A stretch of DNA of 64,000 bases from Eledone cirrhosa (taxonomy: Eukaryota). Numbering within the stretch: position 1 is the stretch's first letter; the number at the start of each line of letters is the position of its first letter. Shown piece by piece: positions 26,515-39,249 of this stretch. The stretch lies in assembly GCA_964016885.1 (NCBI GenBank), contig OZ024745.1, positions 1,116,001 through 1,180,000 on the forward strand. The letters are read 5' to 3'. A model generated the notes under the pieces. It ran no database searches. It was not told where the DNA came from and was given only the letters and a program-made list of their open reading frames with translations. A program made the position numbers and the translations under genes.

Positions 26515-26691
26515 CTCAGCCGTTTGAGAATTTTGGTTGGTCTTCTTTTTCTTCGGCTTCTTCTTTTGTTGTTGCTGTTGTTGGGAGGATTTCTCATTCG
26601 ATTTCAAAGGTTTCTTCTCTTCTTCACTGTCATCATCGACTTTCAGTACTGAAAATCTCGATTGGGAAACTTTAATGCTAACATGTGTCAT
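26515..26691 (-). CDS. GKAP1: GKAP1-like (G kinase-anchoring protein 1), coding exon 1
   Basis: Encodes MTHVSIKVSQSRFSVLKVDDDSEEEKKP...KKKPKKKKTNQNSQTAE followed by a GTAA donor; 59 codons, phase 0. SRFxxL-x-VD plus a basic tract matches the GKAP1 N-terminus as I recall it. Confidence 0.85.
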
Positions 26692-28074
26692 GATCGACTT
26701 TCTGTGTAGCAAATCTCAATTGGCAAACTTTAATGCTAACATGTGTTCAGAAAAGACAATAAGGGAGATAACTGCAAATATAATTTTTTAATCGCCCATT
26801 TTTTTTGTTATTGTTATTGTTATTCTTGCTGAAGTATTTCGCAGCAGTTCATTGGTTGTTATATTTACAAGTATATTTTTTTTAATTATAATTTTCGGAT
26901 TCTTGAGGAAAAAAATATAAAAGACATATTTTAGGATAAATATTGAAAAATGACATGATGCAAATTAAAATTTGATGAAGAATACTGAAATTTTATTTTT
27001 TAAATGAAGCGGGAAAGGAAGTCAAAATACATAGTGATACCGCAGAAAAGAAATGTTAATTTTTCATTATTCGTTTAATCTTCCAAATAGTTTGGACTTA
27101 AGAACATTATCAACTTATTGTAACATCTTTTAAACAATATGAAAGAAAATATATATATCATTCACAAATTTTTTACAATGTCAAATAAAATATTTTCCTG
27201 TTGAATAAGTTTTTCGTTCAGAAAAGTAATATTTGATTTATATTCCTTATAGGAATATAAATCATCCTTAGTAAATGATTGTAACATATTATTGATTCTA
27301 GAAGGATAAGGCGATGGTGTTGGGATTCTGAAAAGTAAAAGAAAAGTCATTAGCTAAACACTTAAAGCAATTTGTTGAACCCTGCTCATCTACCACCTTA
27401 ATCACACCCCATCCAATAAAATTCTAAAGTACCAGAAATTATCGGCAAATTATTTTTTATTTTGAGACATTCGAGGGAGGTGTAACATTTAACTTATGCC
27501 TAAATCTGGAACTGACATCATTTTTAAGACTGTTGGGCATAGTTTGAGTAAGATTTGACTGCTATTTCTAGCAGATGTAATGACCATGTAGAACATTCAC
27601 TAAGGTGATAAGTCTTTAAATTGTTATCCTTACTACTAACAAGCTACATTGTATTACTTATTGAGCAGACCTATGTACTTTACTTATTATTTTCAAAGTA
27701 GTTGGCGAAGTCGTTAAAATGTCGGATAGAATGTTTTGAGGTACTCATACTGAATTCAAAACCCGCGAGGGTCAATTTTACCTTGTTCTAACCTAAAGAG
27801 AGCACAGGCTCCACTAGGTTTTAAATGCTGAATGTCACTACATCACCCCTACGACTCCGCCAGGAGTTACGTGTCCAAAGAAAAAGAAGACATTTAAAGT
27901 TGTTTCAGTGGCAATCTTAAATAAATATTTTCTTCGTTATGTCAGTAGATTGTATTGTGAGGGAGATTTGGTCGCTATTTCTCATAAGTGACAACATAGA
28001 GGATCCCTCATTGATCTATGATGGCAATCACATAGCCGAAACCATCATTAATTCCAAATGAATATCTTGAAAGG

Positions 28075-28455
28075 GTGACACGACAAAAACCACTTGGTCC
28101 ACACTGTAAAGTGGTCATGCTAGTGTCACGATAAAAAATACCCGGTCCACACTGTAAGGTGGTCATGCTGGTATCACAACAAAAATCACCTGGTCCACAC
28201 TATAAAGTAGTCATGTTAGTGACATGATAAAAAGCACCCAGTACACACTGTAAAGTGGTCATGTTGGTGCCACGACAAAAAGTGGCCAAGTTAACCCTGT
28301 AAGGTGGTTGGTGTTAGGAAAAGCATCGAACCATAGAAACCAAGTCAAAATACAGATCCATATGAGCAAGACATGGTCACCTGACCTGACTTGTCTCATA
28401 ATGTAACAACCATTTAATCCATGCTAGCATGAGAAAAGGACGTTAAATGATGATC
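28075..28455 (+). mobile_element. RTE-type 3' UTR remnant built of ~41-bp subrepeats
   Basis: Repeated AAAAGCACCCAGTCCACACTGTAAAGTGGTCATGCTGGTGCCACGA, then GGTGTTAGGAA...GGACGTTAAATGATGAT. Similar remnants at 1450-1720, 2455-2800 and 36120-36550. Confidence 0.65.
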
Positions 28456-29049
28456 CTTGAAAAGCTCAACTTAAATGTTACGAGCCCACACATACCTCTG
28501 CAACACTCAACAAGAAACTACAATTGTAGGGTGCTTAAGGGTGTCGGCCTCAAAATATTATGCATAGTGCCATCGCAGTTTCTGTTCACAGTGTTGTTAT
28601 ATATAAGTGACGAACTGACAGAGCAGTTAAGGTATAGGATAAAATGCAACATTTGTTCTAGCTCTTTCTGCTCTGAATTCAAATCCTACTGGTGTCAACT
28701 TTGCCTTTTGTCCCTCGGAGGTAAATAAAATAAAGTAGCAGCCCAGAGCAGTGGATTGTTAGAGAATTGGATGAGATGTCTTGAAATATGTTCATCATTG
28801 TGGCCCTCTTTGTTAGCAGACTTAATATAACACTACCACCTAGTCCATAAGTGACTTTATCCGAGCCTCTTGTAAGCATTTCGACCAGGTCTCTGCTTTG
28901 AAGACACCTTGCTCCCTTCTTATGACCAAAAACACCCCCAAAAAAGAGAATAATCAGCAATGACTATACAATAAAGAAATTTAAAAAATAAATGAAGATT
29001 CACATTACACTGCCACAAAAATAAACCCACATACATCATCCTAACTACC

Positions 29050-29295
29050 AAATGTTTGACCCATGCTGACCATGTCACTGACCATAACCCCTGTACCAAG
29101 TGTCTGACCCTTGCTGACCATGTCACTCACCATGACGCCCCCTTATCAAGTGACTGACCCTTACTGACCATGTCACTCACAATAACCCCCCTCCCCCGTC
29201 TAACCCTTACTGACCATGTCCCTCACCATAACCCCCCCCCTGTACCAAGTATCTGACCCTTCTGACCATGTCACTCACCATAACCCCCTGTACCA
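29050..29295. repeat. Degenerate ~40-50-bp minisatellite
   Basis: Recurrent TGACCCTT(G/A)CTGACCATGTCACTCACCATAACCCCC. Confidence 0.75.
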
Positions 29296-30401
29296 TTGAT
29301 CCTCTGGACTCCGGATCAAAGAGACAAGTTGGTCATATATCACCTTGAAATCAATCAATGAGACAGACATAGCCCTCAAAGGTATGGATCTGTGTCCTGC
29401 AATGGTCGACTGAGGACTGTGGAACTCAAATGTTGTTAAAGCCTCACCACCGCCTCAAGGCATTGGATAACTCAACAACAACAACATCTCCTATCCAGTT
29501 ATTCACAGTATATTTAACACACTAGCAAACTAATTTTTACGCTGCTAAGCCAAATGTAGTATGTAGCAATACATCTATGATTTATACTTTTCTAGATGGG
29601 AAGGATCTAGCTTCCCAACCACTCGTTTTAACCAATATCTATATAACTTTCCCCACCTCCACAAAATATACCCACAGCTCATCACCATTCTCCAGCTATG
29701 ATGGCAATATCCCAGCTTTTGGGTCCTAAATGAAGGGGATTTAGCTGGCATAATAGTCTAGGGCTCATGAATATCTGCCAACTCTCCGCTAAAAAAAAGA
29801 TCTTAGTCCTTTTGAATTTTAAGAAAAGCCATTTCTCTCATTCGGGGGATCTCTAAATAATCTTCTACTTTGCAAAATATCATTCAGAGACCTTGCTAAC
29901 CCTATAGCGTGTCCCATAAATGTACGTGTGTATGGACCTGTATCTCCTGATGCAGTCGTTGGGACATACTGCGTCTCTTGGACATTTTAAACCTGGCAGA
30001 TTACAGGTCATTTTGTCCGACGTTCAACAATTTCTGTCAATTCACCAACGTTACATGACAAGTTTAAGAGACTTGAAGTATTGATAAAGATATTTAAAAT
30101 TAAGCAAAAGGTATTGATATTTTGATAAAGAAATGCGATAGGATAAAGATTGAGAGGCACGTAATATTGAGACAGGTAATAATGGAAGGTATGGAGGTAA
30201 ATAGAGTGGCTGTTATTTCAATTTTGTTTTTATTTTTATTCTATGAAAATAGACGCAAAATATTGAGGAAACCATTTCATTTGTGAATTTTACTTGTCTT
30301 TAACTCACGTCCACTTATTTCTCTAAAAACTGGATTCTTGATGCGCAGAAAAAAATCTCATTTTATCCAGTGAAATTCTATAAAGAAGACAATGAAATAA
30401 C

Positions 30402-30560
30402 TGTTTCTACTTTAGGCACAAGGCCAGCAATTAACCAGTGCATTACTGGTACTTTATTTTATCGACCCCGTGAGGATGAAAGGCAAAGTCAACCTCGGCG
30501 GGATTTGAACTCAGATCATAAAGGGACGTAACTATGCTGGAAAGCATGGCGTCCGACCAT
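30402..30560 (-). mobile_element. SINE family 2 (MetaSINE-like), 5'-truncated, with 17-bp TSD
   Basis: GCCTTTCATCC...GGGTCGATAAAATAAAGTACCAG domain; flanked by GAAGACAATGAAATAAC at 30385-30401 and 30561-30577. Confidence 0.85.
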
Positions 30561-31651
30561 GAAGACAATGAAATAACATTTATTAACTAATTATATTTCT
30601 TCAGCTTTAAATAAACAACAGCTTGCAAATATATAATATAAGGGAGATAACCATGTTAATAGTGAGAAATGATGAGAGTTTCAGTGAAACTAAATACCAG
30701 TGATTCTGTTTCTCCCGTGGAATAATATATAATTAATTGAAGTTAATTAATGTTAAATAATTAAATGTTAGTTGAAATATAATTGAAGTCAACTAAAAAA
30801 CAAACAAACGAATGCTAGTGTTTAGTGCTGGTACCACGATAAAATGTGGTAAAAGTGACATAAAATAGATGTGATAATATTCAAAAGGGCCACGCCCTCC
30901 CTCTCACCGAGGGGACAAAGGAGGTTGTTTTTCCGGGGCCCCTGCAGTGGGGAGGGCACACACGCGACGGCCGTAGCAATTTATTTATGCCCTCAGCTGA
31001 GCTTTTTAGTCTTAGAAGGGTTAGAATTTTTGAATTTAATACTTGTATAAATAACTTTTCAATTCCAATTAGTTGTGTCAACATGACTTTGATATGTAAA
31101 ATGTGTGTGTGTGTGTAGGGGGAGGGGGTATTCTATTTTTTTATGTGTACAAGGGGCAACCCTGCTCTCGCCTTCTCATCCCCCTTCCTCAGAAGCAAAT
31201 GTAGTCTTCCTCCTCTACTCTCACAACTAACTCCCCAGCCTGGCTCAGAGTCCTACAAGCACTCTAGTGTTCAAAAGTGGTTGTGCTGGTGCCAATATAA
31301 AAAGCACCTGGTCTACCCTGTCAGGTGATTATGACAGTTTCATAATAAAACACACTGTGCAGGGATTGGCATTAAGAAAAGCATCCAGCCATGGAAACCA
31401 AGCCATAAACAGAATGTACCTGACTTACCCTACTTAATTCATGGAAAATGGTGATGATGATGATGATAATATATACACTTGGTAGAGAGAGAGAATGTTA
31501 AGATATCATAATAAGATAATAGACAATAGCTAAAGCCTAAACATTTATAGGTCAAATCATGGTTTGAAAGAAGTCAACTGGTATGTGTTAAACGAGACTT
31601 TATTGTGGTAATATTATCAACAGATCCACTGTTCCATGCTAGTATATGTTA

Positions 31652-31849
31652 ATAATAATTGTTTCTACTTTTGGCACAAGGCCAGCAATTATTCCAGTGT
31701 ATTACTGGTACTTCATTTTATCGACCCCGTAAAGATGAAAGGCAAAGTTAACCTCGGTAGGATTTGAACTCAGACCATAAAGGGCCGTAACTCTTTGCTG
31801 CAAAGCATGGCGTCTGACCCTCTACCAATACTACCAATCCACCGCCCTA
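31652..31849 (-). mobile_element. SINE family 2, full length
   Basis: Same family as 32936-33128. Confidence 0.85.
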
Positions 31850-32935
31850 GGTGTCATGACAAAAAGCAGTCAGTCCATACTGCAAGTGGTCATATTGGTG
31901 ACATGACAAAAAGCACCCAGTCCACTCTGTAAAGCATTATTTAACTTTCATTTCAGCTTTATTATTATTAATTATTGGTTATTGGTTATTTCAACAAAGA
32001 TCTTTCATCACACATTCTATAACCTCTTTAATGACTATTTGTTCTTTCTGATCTTATTCTGTTTACTTCATCAATAAACAGAATAATACCAGAATTTGAA
32101 CTCAAAACATAAAGAGCCAGAAGAAATACTTGTAAATATTGGTCCAATGTTCTGAGTCTGCCAATCCACAACTCTAATGGTTTCTTATTTAGGCATAAGG
32201 CAAGCCATTTTGGGAAAAGGAAAGTTGATTATATTAACCCCAGTACTTAACTGGGTTTTTTATTTGATCAACCTAAGAAGGATGAAAGAGAAAGTTGACC
32301 TCAGGAGGATTTGAACTCAGAATATAAAGAGCGACAATAAAAACTGCTATGCATTTGTCCAATGTTCTAATTACTCTGGTAATTCCCCACTCTGATATGT
32401 TGTAATAATAGAACTAAATTTAGTCTATTATTGTATATCTTTCTGTATCTCAGTTGATAAGGTTCAATAAGTATACATTCAGTGAACTTATCTATAACAA
32501 TTAATCTCAAAGCTAAAGTATATTATAAATACTAGCAGAAAAAACACCTTTTGGGTGGTTTTCTGCTAGCGTGTGTAGTGTGTATATTGATACTATACGC
32601 AAGTATATATATACATGTAGATATGATACATCAAATAAAATTGTAATTGACAATATACACAGAAATTGAACGCCGTCTGTGTTACACTCTCTTCTGTAAT
32701 CAGTAAAGTAATCCATGATACATTAAAAAAAGACGATATTATATATAAACTACATTAGGAGAAAATTAGCGACGGAAATATATGAATGTTTATTTAAGCG
32801 ATCACTAACTGGAAGTGTTGACATTTGAAAATTTTAAAGAAGTGAATTTTAAAATAAACAACAAAATTATTTATATTTAATCAAGAATAACGAAATTTAG
32901 TAGATGTAATATTCATTCATTATTTATTCAAAGTA

Positions 32936-33335
32936 AGGGCGGTGGATTGGCAGTATCGGTAGAGGGTCGGACGCCATGCTTTCCAGCATAGTTACGTCCC
33001 TTTACGATCTGAGTTCAAATCCCGCCGAGGTTGACTTTGCCTTTCATCCTTACGGGGTCGATAAAATAAAGTACCAGTAATGCACTGGGTAATTGCTGGC
33101 CTTGTGCCTAAAGTAGAAACAATTATTTATTCAAAGTAAACGATGGTGAATTGGCAGTATCGGTAGAGGGTTGGACGCCATGCTTTCTAGCATAATTACG
33201 TCCCTTTACAGTCTGAGTTCAAATCCCGTCGAGGTTAACTTTGCCTTTCATCCTTAAGGGGTCGATAAAATAAAGTATCAGTAATGTACTGGGTAATTGC
33301 TGGCCTTGTGCCTAAAGTAGAAACAATTATTTATT
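32936..33335 (+). mobile_element. Two tandem SINE family 2 copies
   Basis: TGGCAGTATCGG A box, GAGTTCAAATCC B box, Meta-like domain, and end GTGCCTAAAGTAGAAACAATTA. Further copies at 33878-34038 and 38400-38490, with degraded ones near 24600-24740, 28610-28740 and 32170-32390. Confidence 0.88.
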
Positions 33336-35624
33336 CAAAGTAATCCAACTTATTTTACAAACGGGATAAAAAATCAGTCCCGCACTCCTTACTTTATTAT
33401 AATTTAGATACTTTGACAAGTTATCCAGCCATTGTATAGATTTGACCTTTTAAATAAAGATTTGTGTGAAGCTACCACCTTCTATTTGTTAACCAATACA
33501 TTCTAGCGTGGTGGATGTTAAACGATGATGATGATGAACCACACATATTTCACTATTTAAAAGGACAGTTGTGACCTATATTTACTTTACATTACAACTA
33601 ACATTCCAATTCACTCCTACCTGAATTTATTAGATCACCTGTCTAGGATCTTCGATATTATGTGATTAGACACAACAATACCAAGAAAAGAGATTTGTAA
33701 ATTTAGTCATGTCATTCCTGCACAGCAAATAACAAATAAAATTACTTAATGTACTCCTTAAATATAATCTTATCCTTTAACATTTATGTTTTGTTGTTTT
33801 TCTCTCGTTTTCATTATATATTTGTTTCATATTTATAATGTTTGTAGCAATAATATATTGTATATATTATTTGTGTATCGGACGCCATGCTTTGCAGCAT
33901 AGTTACGTCCCTTTACGATCTGAGTTCAAATCCCGCTGAGGTTGACCTTGCCTTTCATCCTTACGGGGTCGATAAAATAAAGTACCAGTAATGCACTGGG
34001 TAATTGCTGGCCTTGTGCCTAAAGTAGAAACAATTATTTGTGTATTATATTTATAATGTTCCTAGCAATAATATATTGTATATATTATTTTTGGTTATAT
34101 TTTCATTCTGTAAGAATTATAAACAATTTGTAATGTTATTTATATACAAATGTGAATAAAATACTAATCAATTTGCTCATCTCCAAGTTGGCTCATTGTT
34201 GTACTATGTTCTTATATCCATCTATTATATCAACAGGAAACAACGGAGCCTGGCTAGAGAACTCCAAGTGACTCTTTTACTATGTGACAGTCGATGGTAT
34301 TGTGACTGTTTTACCATGTGACAGTCGATGGTATTGTATTCTGGGATTTAGAAAAGAATTAGGGTGGTGTACTTTTTCTAAAACTTTCCTAGTTACAGTA
34401 CCCATCATCGTATTTGACATCAGTTCCTCCATACTAGTTGGACAGGTCTTTTTCAACAGTCTCTCTTCACATATTACATTGTTTTGTGAGGTTTACTGTT
34501 TTGAGATTTGCTCCCATCACTTTTCCTTGGCCTTCCTCTACTGCAGCTTCCTTCCACTAGTAGTTCCTGGCACTTCTTCACCCTGCAATATAAAAATATG
34601 CATTTTGGTTAAGTTGCCAGAATAGGCATGTATAGGCAATATACATTTCTTACAAATAATGGAATTGCTATTGTGTTTATTGATGAAAATAGAAGAACTA
34701 TTCTGGAGAATGGAGTAAAGAGGTAAAGATCCCCTTCTGTTGTGAATGACCATGGGGTTTGCACCTATAAAGTTCCTTTCCGAGTCTCAAGACCAGGCAA
34801 AGTGTTTTTGTGGAAGATCCAGGATGGTCTATTTATTTTGCACTGACTAATACTATACGTTATCTAAATCTTAATATTCCAATAGCCTTACTCTCTTATT
34901 ATTGTCATCTTTAACGTAATAAAATAGTATTTAGAAGATATATAAATTTTTGCATTAAAATAAAATTATGAAAGTATATAAAATATGAAATTTCAATGGA
35001 TCTGTGGTAGTAATGATAAATAGAAAAAAGATTTTGGCCTCACCATTAGTAGGTCAAGAAACTGAGTCAAATAATTAACAATTGGTAGTGAAAATAAAAC
35101 ACATATACCGTATAATGTAGTTTATTCTAACTGGGAATAAAACTTATGTATCTTTTTAGAGAAGAAATAAAATGTGTTTATTTTCTAAAGACCAACAATA
35201 ATATCAGCTGTAACAAGGTTACTATTTCTTTTATTGATTTCTATTTTATACATACTTATATTTGAAATATATATTTATTTATTCAGATATAACTTTATCA
35301 TGCACTTCATAATATTTATTTTTATATCATCATCATCATCATTTTACGTCCGCTTTTCCCAGCTTGCAAGTATTTTTAATGATATTTCTAGTTATTATTG
35401 TTTTGCTTTATTTTTTCTATTTTTTAAATGATATTTATTGGTTCAGAAAAGCTGAAATATGCCCAAGGAGAGACATATAAGAAATTTGGGTAAATGTTAT
35501 AACAGGCAAGTGAAGAAGAGTTAATCTTATATAATGAATTATTTTATAATAGAAGCAGGGTGTCCATAACCAGTTAATTAAAAATATAAATCTCTAGAAG
35601 CTTCTTCTATGTCTAAGTCTCGAG

Positions 35625-35997
35625 CCAGGTCGGTACTTATCCTGGTTTCCGTAGTGTGAAGTGATTAAGAGTACAAGAATTCCCCCTGGACATGATGTCA
35701 GTCCATCTCAGGGTTAACGTCTGCCTCGAAAGTACAAGACTTCCCCCTGGATATGTCAGTCCATCACAGGGTTAATGTCTGCCTCGCAAGTACAAGACTG
35801 CCCCCTGGACATGATGTCAGTCCATCACAGGGTTAAGCCCCCAGCTATTGCTAGTACTCATTTTCAACTGAGTATACTGGAGCAATGATAAATGAAGTGT
35901 TTTTGCTCAAGAAGACAACACAACCCAGTCCAGGAATTGAACTGACAACATTACGATTGTAAGTCCAACACACTTACCACTAAGCCACGCACCTCCA
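35625..35997 (-). mobile_element. tRNA-derived SINE (family 1-related head, different tail with ~60-bp internal triplication)
   Basis: Reverse strand reads GGAGGTGCGTGGCTTAGTGG...TCTTGAGCAAAAACACTTCATTT; three AGTACAAGA..CCCCCTGGACATGATGTCAGTCCATC units. Confidence 0.7.
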
Positions 35998-38152
35998 TCT
36001 TGTTCTATGTAGATAAGGATTAATTTCTATAAGGAAAATTTGAATTGAGAGTGAATCATTATGTAGCAGTTAGGTAGGTTACAGATCAACTCTAATATAT
36101 ACAAATGGTATTGGGTTGGTGACACGATGAAAAAGTACCCAGTTCAACCTGTTAGTTGTTTTGGTGCCACGATAAAAAGCACCCAGCTGACCCTGTAAGA
36201 TGATCATTTTGGTTCCACGATAAAAAGTACCTGGTCCACTCTATAAGGTGGACATTCTGGTAACACGATGAACATGTACACAGTCCAACTTATCAGTTGT
36301 TTCTTTTTGGTACCACAATAAAAAGTACCCAGTCTACTGTATAAAGTGGTCATTCTGGGGACACGATGAACATGTACCCAGTCCAACCTGTTAGTTGGTC
36401 GTTTTGGTGCCATGATAACTAGCATCCAGTCAACGTTGTAAACGTGCTAGTGATAGATCATCTTGACATGATAACGCCCTAGTGTTGGTGCTATGAAAAA
36501 ATACATCCAGTGCACACTGTATGATAAAATGCATCCAGTGCACAATGTATGTAAGCTGTGACTGTTGACTCATCTGAGGAGTCAGTAGCTCTGACAAGCC
36601 ATACATTTGGTGGACCTACACATACTGTTGACACACTCAGGACCTTCCTTGAGACTCAAAGTATGACCGACATATCATATATGCACACTTCCTAACTGTC
36701 CCATCAACACAGAAATATGCATGAGAGCATGTATAGTCTACAAGGTCACATGTGCATTGGAAGTACCATCTAGATACTGTAGATATGAATCAAGGAGCAC
36801 TTGACAAATGCTGCAACTGAGACATTGAGGTTACCATAGAAATGATGGAAAAGAATGAGAAGAATTTAAGAACAAAAGAGGCTTTAATCATCATAGAAGC
36901 CACAAATAAAGAATAGATCAGAACTAGATGGAACAGAGTGGCTTCTATAACTGCCTCAAGCATGTGCTATCTACACACTTGGAACAGTTAAGGAAGAACA
37001 AATCATTTATTTTTGTTTTACATTTGAAAAGAGGGTTTTACCCCTGAAATATACTGGGTAAAAAAACATTACTTTTTGTTTTGTCATTCTTTGCCCTTTA
37101 TATATTTCTACCACTGAACTCCTGTCTGAAGTCCTCACCAATCAATTATTGTATATGTATTGGCAGTTTAAATATCATTTTGGTAGACCCCCTTGCTTCC
37201 ACGAGTCATCTTGCTGCCAGAATGTAGGGCATGTCACTTGCTATACTGAATCAAACCAATTATAAAGTGGACCCTAGCTCGATTCAGTAAACCCTCAATT
37301 CTGGAGTCAATTGGATTGTCCAGAAAGCGGTTAAATAGCCTTCCCTATTGCCCTAGAGTAACAGGTAGATGTTACATTTGGAATGCTTATAGTTAGCAAT
37401 GCTTTTGTTCCTTCCGACATCCTGGATGTTGCAACAAAGGTGAGGGTCCCCACATCCTTAGTTGAACAGAATAAAATTCTAAAATATCAAGAGTTATTGG
37501 CAAACTATTTTCTTTCAGCCTGTGGTATTCAAGACATTTGGGAGAGCTGAGCTACTGACAATGAGGTTCTTGTTACTGTTGGCAGTATCAGGTGATGTCA
37601 GCATGTGTGCTTGGTTATTCCAACAGCCTATGGCAATGCTGCATGTTGGCTTACCTTAAAATTATTAGAGGGCAACTCCAGCGCCCCTTGTAGTGAGTGA
37701 TTGAGTGCACGAGTCTTCTCACTTTTTAAAAATATAAACTGTTTATATACTAATATATTGTTTATCAATTAACGTGTCTTTGCTAGCATCTCGTCTAACC
37801 GAGGTAACTGCTGATGCTGTTCCAGTGCATTAGCCTTGCCATCACCCGAGGTAATGCTGCGAGTGTGCTGGCTTGCCTCAAAAGTTATTAGAGAGGTTTT
37901 CCAGTACTCTTCGTGATATCGATTGTCCACTCCTTTCGCCTGCCTTTTGTTGTTGTGATCCTAGATATGTGTATTACCTGCTTGTGTGTTTTCTTTTCCT
38001 TCTTTCTTTTTTCTCTTTTCATTTGTAATATTATGATGACGGTTATGTTGACAAATAAAGATGTCAATGTGCTACCTACACTAACAACCCACCCATGCCT
38101 CCGTCCATTCAATTAGAAGCTATGTAACCATAGCAAGTATATATATATATAT

Positions 38153-38378
38153 GCATACAAATAGGGAGACACAAAGCAGGCTTTGGTCCGGCAAACCAAA
38201 GATGTTGGTTCGTGTTCCATCTACGTCAATACTCATACTTTTTTCCATTCAGAGGGTTTTTTAAAATCCGAGCTGACAGACTATTCTAAATACGGCGTAA
38301 GCACACGTTACTACCTAATTTTAAAATTCACTAGCCGTTTCTAATCAAAGCCTGCTTTGTGTCTCCCTACTTGTATGC
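38153..38378. mobile_element. MITE-like element with ~33-bp terminal inverted repeats, embedded in (TA)n
   Basis: GCATACAAATAGGGAGACACAAAGCAGGCTTTG ... CAAAGCCTGCTTTGTGTCTCCCTACTTGTATGC (one mismatch). Confidence 0.7.
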
Positions 38379-38771
38379 CTATATATATATATATAGATAT
38401 AATTGTTTCTACTTTTGGCACAAAGCCAGCAATTACCCAGTAAGTTACTGGTACTTTAGTTTATCGACCTCGTAAGGATGAAAGGCAAAGTTATCGTTAT
38501 CTATGTCTTTACCTTAGTAGATAGATATATAAAAATATCTTCAAAAAACGGCTTTCAATAAAATTGTTATGCATAACTGCTATCAAAAAAAGCCCACACC
38601 CATATTTCTACGTACTTCTATGTACTGCAAGTGTTCTGCAAGCACAAGTATACAAGCATTCAAGTCCGAACAAACAGCATTGATACAACAACACTTGACA
38701 ACATCTTTTGCGGACGACGTTTTAAGATGCTCAGCAAATATAAATAAATAATGGCGGCCATATCTAAATAG

Positions 38772-38802
<31 letters not shown>

Positions 38803-38862
38803 ACTGCTGCTGCTTTGAACCACGGGGAAGTAACGTTGTCACTAATGTTATTTGATCTTAAT

Positions 38863-39249
38863 ATGGCGGCGGGGAATGTACGTGGTGCAATGAGGCCGCA
38901 AGGAAGATCACCTTCGTTTTTCATCGTCGGGCTATTTCTCGCCGTGGCCATCCTGGGTTTCAACTACTGGAGCCTGTCGAAACGTAACAAAGACTTAGCT
39001 GCCCAATTATTAAACATGCAGGATCAACTCAGGCTTTGTATTTCGAAGAGGATGACCGTAGAAAGGCGGGGGTCTACTATTGTGAGCGAACTGAAGAAAT
39101 GTGAAACTGCTTTGGATATGGACAAGAATGAAGTAGCAAGGAAAGAGAGTGAAGTGATCTCTCTCACCGAACAATTGAAGAATAAAGAATTTCAAATTAA
39201 CTCATACGAAACGAAACTAAAAGAAATGGAAGAACTCCGAATGAGTTTG
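38863..39249 (+). CDS. GOLM1/GOLM2(CASC4)-family Golgi type II membrane protein, first coding exon
   Basis: MAAGNVRGAMRPQGRSPSFFIVGLFLAVAILGFNYWSLSKRN...: short basic N-terminus, RSP, transmembrane helix ending in GFNYW, then coiled coil; GTAAGT donor at 39250. No downstream exon confidently found in the window. Confidence 0.85.

Noticed and set aside
29540-29930. Possible decayed restriction-like-endonuclease retroelement (minus-strand ...YFVEVG...)
   Set aside because: Too degenerate to support without a profile search.
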